This document shows, one piece after another, positions 17,549 to 20,000 of a stretch of DNA of 20,000 bases (positions are counted from its first letter, which is position 1; each line of letters starts with the position of its first letter). The translations under genes and the position numbers were made by a program. Source of the stretch: an uncultured virus (IMG/VR IMGVR_UViG_3300046507_000599) (taxonomy: Duplodnaviria > Heunggongvirae > Uroviricota > Caudoviricetes). The stretch lies in IMG/VR virus record IMGVR_UViG_3300046507_000599. The stretch is one strand, 5' to 3'. A model generated the notes under the pieces. The model was not told where the DNA came from, ran no database searches, and was given only the letters and a program-made list of their open reading frames with translations.

Positions 17549-18244
17549 ATGTCTGATCAAAAACACCAACTGCGCGAAGTGGCTATCGAATCGATCTCGG
17601 ATATCGCCCAACACCTGCCGCTCGATTGCCAGATGTTTGTGATCGTCTGCCGGCCGGGCAAAGCCGACTTCGATCTGGTGCTGCCTTCGCCCGAGGTGAA
17701 CTTGAATAACGCGCTCGACGCTCTGCGCCGCCAAGGCCTGAGCATCGACGGCGATAACGCCTACAAGCGCGATCTGCTGGACGCTGTGATCGGCGCACTG
17801 GCACTCGGCGCGCAGAACAGTAATCCGCCACCGACTGGACATTGTGGCCAGCGCTTCTGGGATATCGGTCGCGAAGAGCGCGGACTGCACGAAGAGTTGG
17901 TCGCCGCGCTGAAACTCAACCGCGCGAACCTGCGCGCCTGCCAAGCAACCATCCATCTCGCTGGCGGATTCGCTCCCGCCTACGTGGACGACGCCCAAGC
18001 TGCAATGGCGGTCGCCGACGCAGTCCTGGCCAAGGCCGGCGCATACCCCTTCACCACCTTCTGCCGCCACGCGCGGCATGGAGCAACACAATGGAAACTG
18101 AAATTCTCTCCGACGAAGAGCTGGCCGAACTCACCGGCTACAAGGCCCGCGCTTACCAGCGCCGCTGGCTCATTGATCGCCAGTGGGTGTTCGTCGAAAG
18201 CTGCGGAAAGCGCCCGCTGGTGGGTCGCATGTACGCCCGCATGA
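17549..18244 (+). CDS. Phage hypothetical protein; natural end probably ~18046, with read-through after stop loss
   Basis: GAGG RBS; GCA-TAC-CCC at 18041-18049 aligns with GCA-TAA-CCC at 8250-8258 in A. Confidence 0.68.
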   Translation: MSDQKHQLREVAIESISDIAQHLPLDCQMFVIVCRPGKADFDLVLPSPEVNLNNALDALRRQGLSIDGDNAYKRDLLDAVIGALALGAQNSNPPPTGHCGQRFWDIGREERGLHEELVAALKLNRANLRACQATIHLAGGFAPAYVDDAQAAMAVADAVLAKAGAYPFTTFCRHARHGATQWKLKFSPTKSWPNSPATRPALTSAAGSLIASGCSSKAAESARWWVACTPA

Positions 18245-18333
18245 AGCTGGGCATGATCAGCCCCACTATTGCCGATCCGAATCCGCCGCCGGCCGCGCCG
18301 GTGTGGACGCCAGACTATTCGCAGGTGAACTGA
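18091..18333 (+). CDS. DUF4224-family excisionase-like protein (copy of 8301-8543)
   Basis: 80 aa, 3 substitutions relative to A; GGAG RBS. Confidence 0.82.
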   Translation: METEILSDEELAELTGYKARAYQRRWLIDRQWVFVESCGKRPLVGRMYARMKLGMISPTIADPNPPPAAPVWTPDYSQVN

Positions 18334-18334
18334 T

Positions 18335-19384
18335 ATGCGCCCCCGCAAGACCGAGCACCAGCACCTTCCCCCTCGGATGTACAAGCGCTCACGCAAGCGC
18401 AAAAACGGTAGTACCTGGACCGCGTATTACTACCGCGACCTGCTTGGCAATGACATCCCTCTGGGCAAGGATCTCGACAAGGCCAGGCTGAAATGGGCCG
18501 AGCTCGAAGCCAAGGAAAAGCCCCTCGACCTGCGCACCATGAAGGGAATCTTCGACCGGTACATTCGTGATGTGGTGCCAAAGAAAGCGCCGCGCACGCA
18601 GAAGGACAACTTGGCGGAAATCAAGCAGCTCCGGCCGATGTTCGACAGCGCCCCAATCGACTCGATCACACCAGCAACTATTGCTGGCTACCGAGACGCT
18701 CGATCGGCAAAGGTCCGGGCGAACCGTGAGATCGCCACCCTCTCCCACATTTTCAATATCGCCCGGGAGTGGGGGCTGACGATTAAGGAAACCCCCTGCC
18801 AAGGCGTGCGCAAGAACAAGGAGACGCCGAGGGACTATTACGCGAATGATGTGGTTTGGGAGGCGGTTTACAAGAAGGCAGCTCAGGAGCTGAAGGAAGC
18901 GATGGACCTGGCCTATCTGACCGGGCAAAGGCCGGCAGATGTGCTGGTTATGCGGAAGGATGATGTTGAAGGCGGATATCTGACTGTTCAGCAGAACAAG
19001 ACGCACAAGAAGCTGCGCATTCAAATGACGACCGCCGGAGAAGCGAACAGCCTGGGCATTCTGATCGAGGCGATCACAGAGCGAAACGCTGCCCACGTTT
19101 CGAGCTACCTGATTATCAACCGGAGCGGTAAACGGATGACTGCGACGATGCTGAGGAAGCGATGGGACGCGGCGCGAGAGAAGGCAAAACTGGAAGCTCT
19201 TGAGCTGGGAGACGAGCTGCTGGCTAAGCGGATCGGTGAATTCCAGTTCCGGGATATTCGGCCGAAAGCGGCGTCGGAAATCAGCGATGTTGGTGACGCC
19301 AGCCTGTTGCTCGGGCACACAAAAGGCGACATTACTGAGCGGGTTTATCGCCGCGTTGGTGCCATCGCGAAACCATCGAAATAG
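18335..19384 (+). CDS. int: Tyrosine recombinase/phage integrase
   Basis: 349 aa, 6 substitutions relative to the A copy; catalytic motifs intact. Confidence 0.95.
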   Translation: MRPRKTEHQHLPPRMYKRSRKRKNGSTWTAYYYRDLLGNDIPLGKDLDKARLKWAELEAKEKPLDLRTMKGIFDRYIRDVVPKKAPRTQKDNLAEIKQLRPMFDSAPIDSITPATIAGYRDARSAKVRANREIATLSHIFNIAREWGLTIKETPCQGVRKNKETPRDYYANDVVWEAVYKKAAQELKEAMDLAYLTGQRPADVLVMRKDDVEGGYLTVQQNKTHKKLRIQMTTAGEANSLGILIEAITERNAAHVSSYLIINRSGKRMTATMLRKRWDAAREKAKLEALELGDELLAKRIGEFQFRDIRPKAASEISDVGDASLLLGHTKGDITERVYRRVGAIAKPSK

Positions 19385-19504
19385 GCCGAAAAAGAGTTCC
19401 ATAACCCGAAAGGCGCCCCTTGTAGAATGCGGTCTGTAGAGGTGCTGCAAAACAAAAGTATTGGAACGAAAAAACGTCTGAGGCCGCGTATTCGGCTTCC
19501 CATA

Positions 19505-19565
19505 ACGGTCTTGAAAACCGTCGACTGTAACAGGTCCATGAGTTCGAATCCCATCGCCTCCGCCA
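19505..19565 (+). repeat. attR: 3' fragment of tRNA-Ser(UGA)
   Basis: ACGGT-CTTGAAA-ACCGT...GTTCGAATCCCATCGCCTCCGCCA; matches 9719-9779 at 60 of 61 positions. Confidence 0.9.
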
Positions 19566-19573
19566 TCTTATGT

Positions 19574-19607
19574 ACGACAAAGCCCTGATTATTCAGGGCT
19601 TTGTCGT
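19574..19607 (+). terminator. Terminator-like hairpin after the tRNA 3' end
   Basis: 15-bp perfect stem with TTAT loop; same sequence as 9790-9821. Confidence 0.8.
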
Positions 19608-19832
19608 TTCTGGCGTCCTGAAAAATTTCTGTCGTGCCAATAGGTTCAGTGCGCTGACGTCACGAAAAACAGCTCACCGGCTTTGCGCTGCGAGCTCGTA
19701 CGCTTTGAAAATCTTCTCTGCGGCGCCGTATCACAATTCAACGGCCAGAGAATGAACATACGTTCATCGAAAACATGACTCGATGCGTCTAGGCTGCGGG
19801 TTCCGACATAGTGACTACAGGAGTAACCCACC

Positions 19833-19994
19833 ATGTTCTCGCACGAAAGCGTCCCGCTCATCATCATCTTTGTCATCATGCTCATAGGCGTGCTTACGGC
19901 CTTTTTGCACCCGGTGCATGCGCTCTTTAGCTGGCTTCGGAGGCGCAGGGAAAGATCGACCGTCAAGATCGCAAAAGACATGAACTCGCGCTGA
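19833..19994 (+). CDS. 53-aa small membrane protein outside the prophages
   Basis: AGGAG RBS; MFSHESVPLIIIFVIMLIGVLTAFLHPVHALFSWLRRRRER..., a TM helix followed by a basic patch. Confidence 0.6.
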   Translation: MFSHESVPLIIIFVIMLIGVLTAFLHPVHALFSWLRRRRERSTVKIAKDMNSR

Positions 19995-20000
19995 ATTCTT

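Larger units (their letters stand above)
9780..19565 (+). mobile_element. Prophage B, defective ~9.8 kb remnant related to A, bounded by tRNA-Ser 3' repeats
   Basis: Lies between direct repeats at 9719-9779 and 19505-19565; same gene order as A; no replication, structural or lysis genes; starts inside a broken YqaJ gene. Confidence 0.88.

Noticed and set aside
736..18090. CRISPR array or integron attC cassettes
   Set aside because: The leaders are not identical, regularly spaced repeats, I saw no attC-type core-site pairs, and the integrase is phage-type next to a tRNA att
18389..19450. 353-aa antisense ORF over int
   Set aside because: Shadow frame of a GC-rich gene; it is broken in the A copy
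1..19565. Assembly artefact or simple tandem duplication
   Set aside because: The copies differ by many synonymous changes, swapped genes and different cargo, as expected for independent related prophages

Overview
The window holds the right-hand (early/recombination-integration) ends of two related lambdoid-type prophages in tandem. The host is probably Pseudomonas (inferred from gene content and the tRNA sequence). Both are integrated at the same tRNA-Ser(UGA). Element A (<1-9779) runs off the left edge. Element B (~9780-19565, 9786 bp att-to-att) has lost everything left of a truncated, frameshifted YqaJ-type exonuclease and carries several more decay lesions, so it looks like the older remnant. 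Both share a + strand backbone: YqaJ, two conserved hypotheticals, a C5-cytosine methyltransferase, DUF4406, a DUF4224 excisionase-like gene, a tyrosine integrase, a 61-bp tRNA-Ser 3' fragment and a terminator hairpin. A adds a PAPS-reductase/PP-loop-family gene and a phage Dam-type adenine methyltransferase. Comparing the copies shows a slot-and-cassette layout. Backbone genes follow conserved leaders (C/A-rich tract + GC hairpin + RBS + first codons), and the gene behind an identical leader is often swapped. Mostly AT-rich cargo genes sit on the opposite strand just upstream of these leaders; they are candidate defence genes and include an HNH-like nuclease. Small features missed by the ORF track are a 27-aa TisB/DinQ-like hydrophobic peptide, an 18-aa translationally coupled peptide, a 34-aa stub of a second methyltransferase ending in a 20-bp palindrome, and a 53-aa membrane protein beyond the last att. 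All functional calls come from motif reading only; no searches were run.
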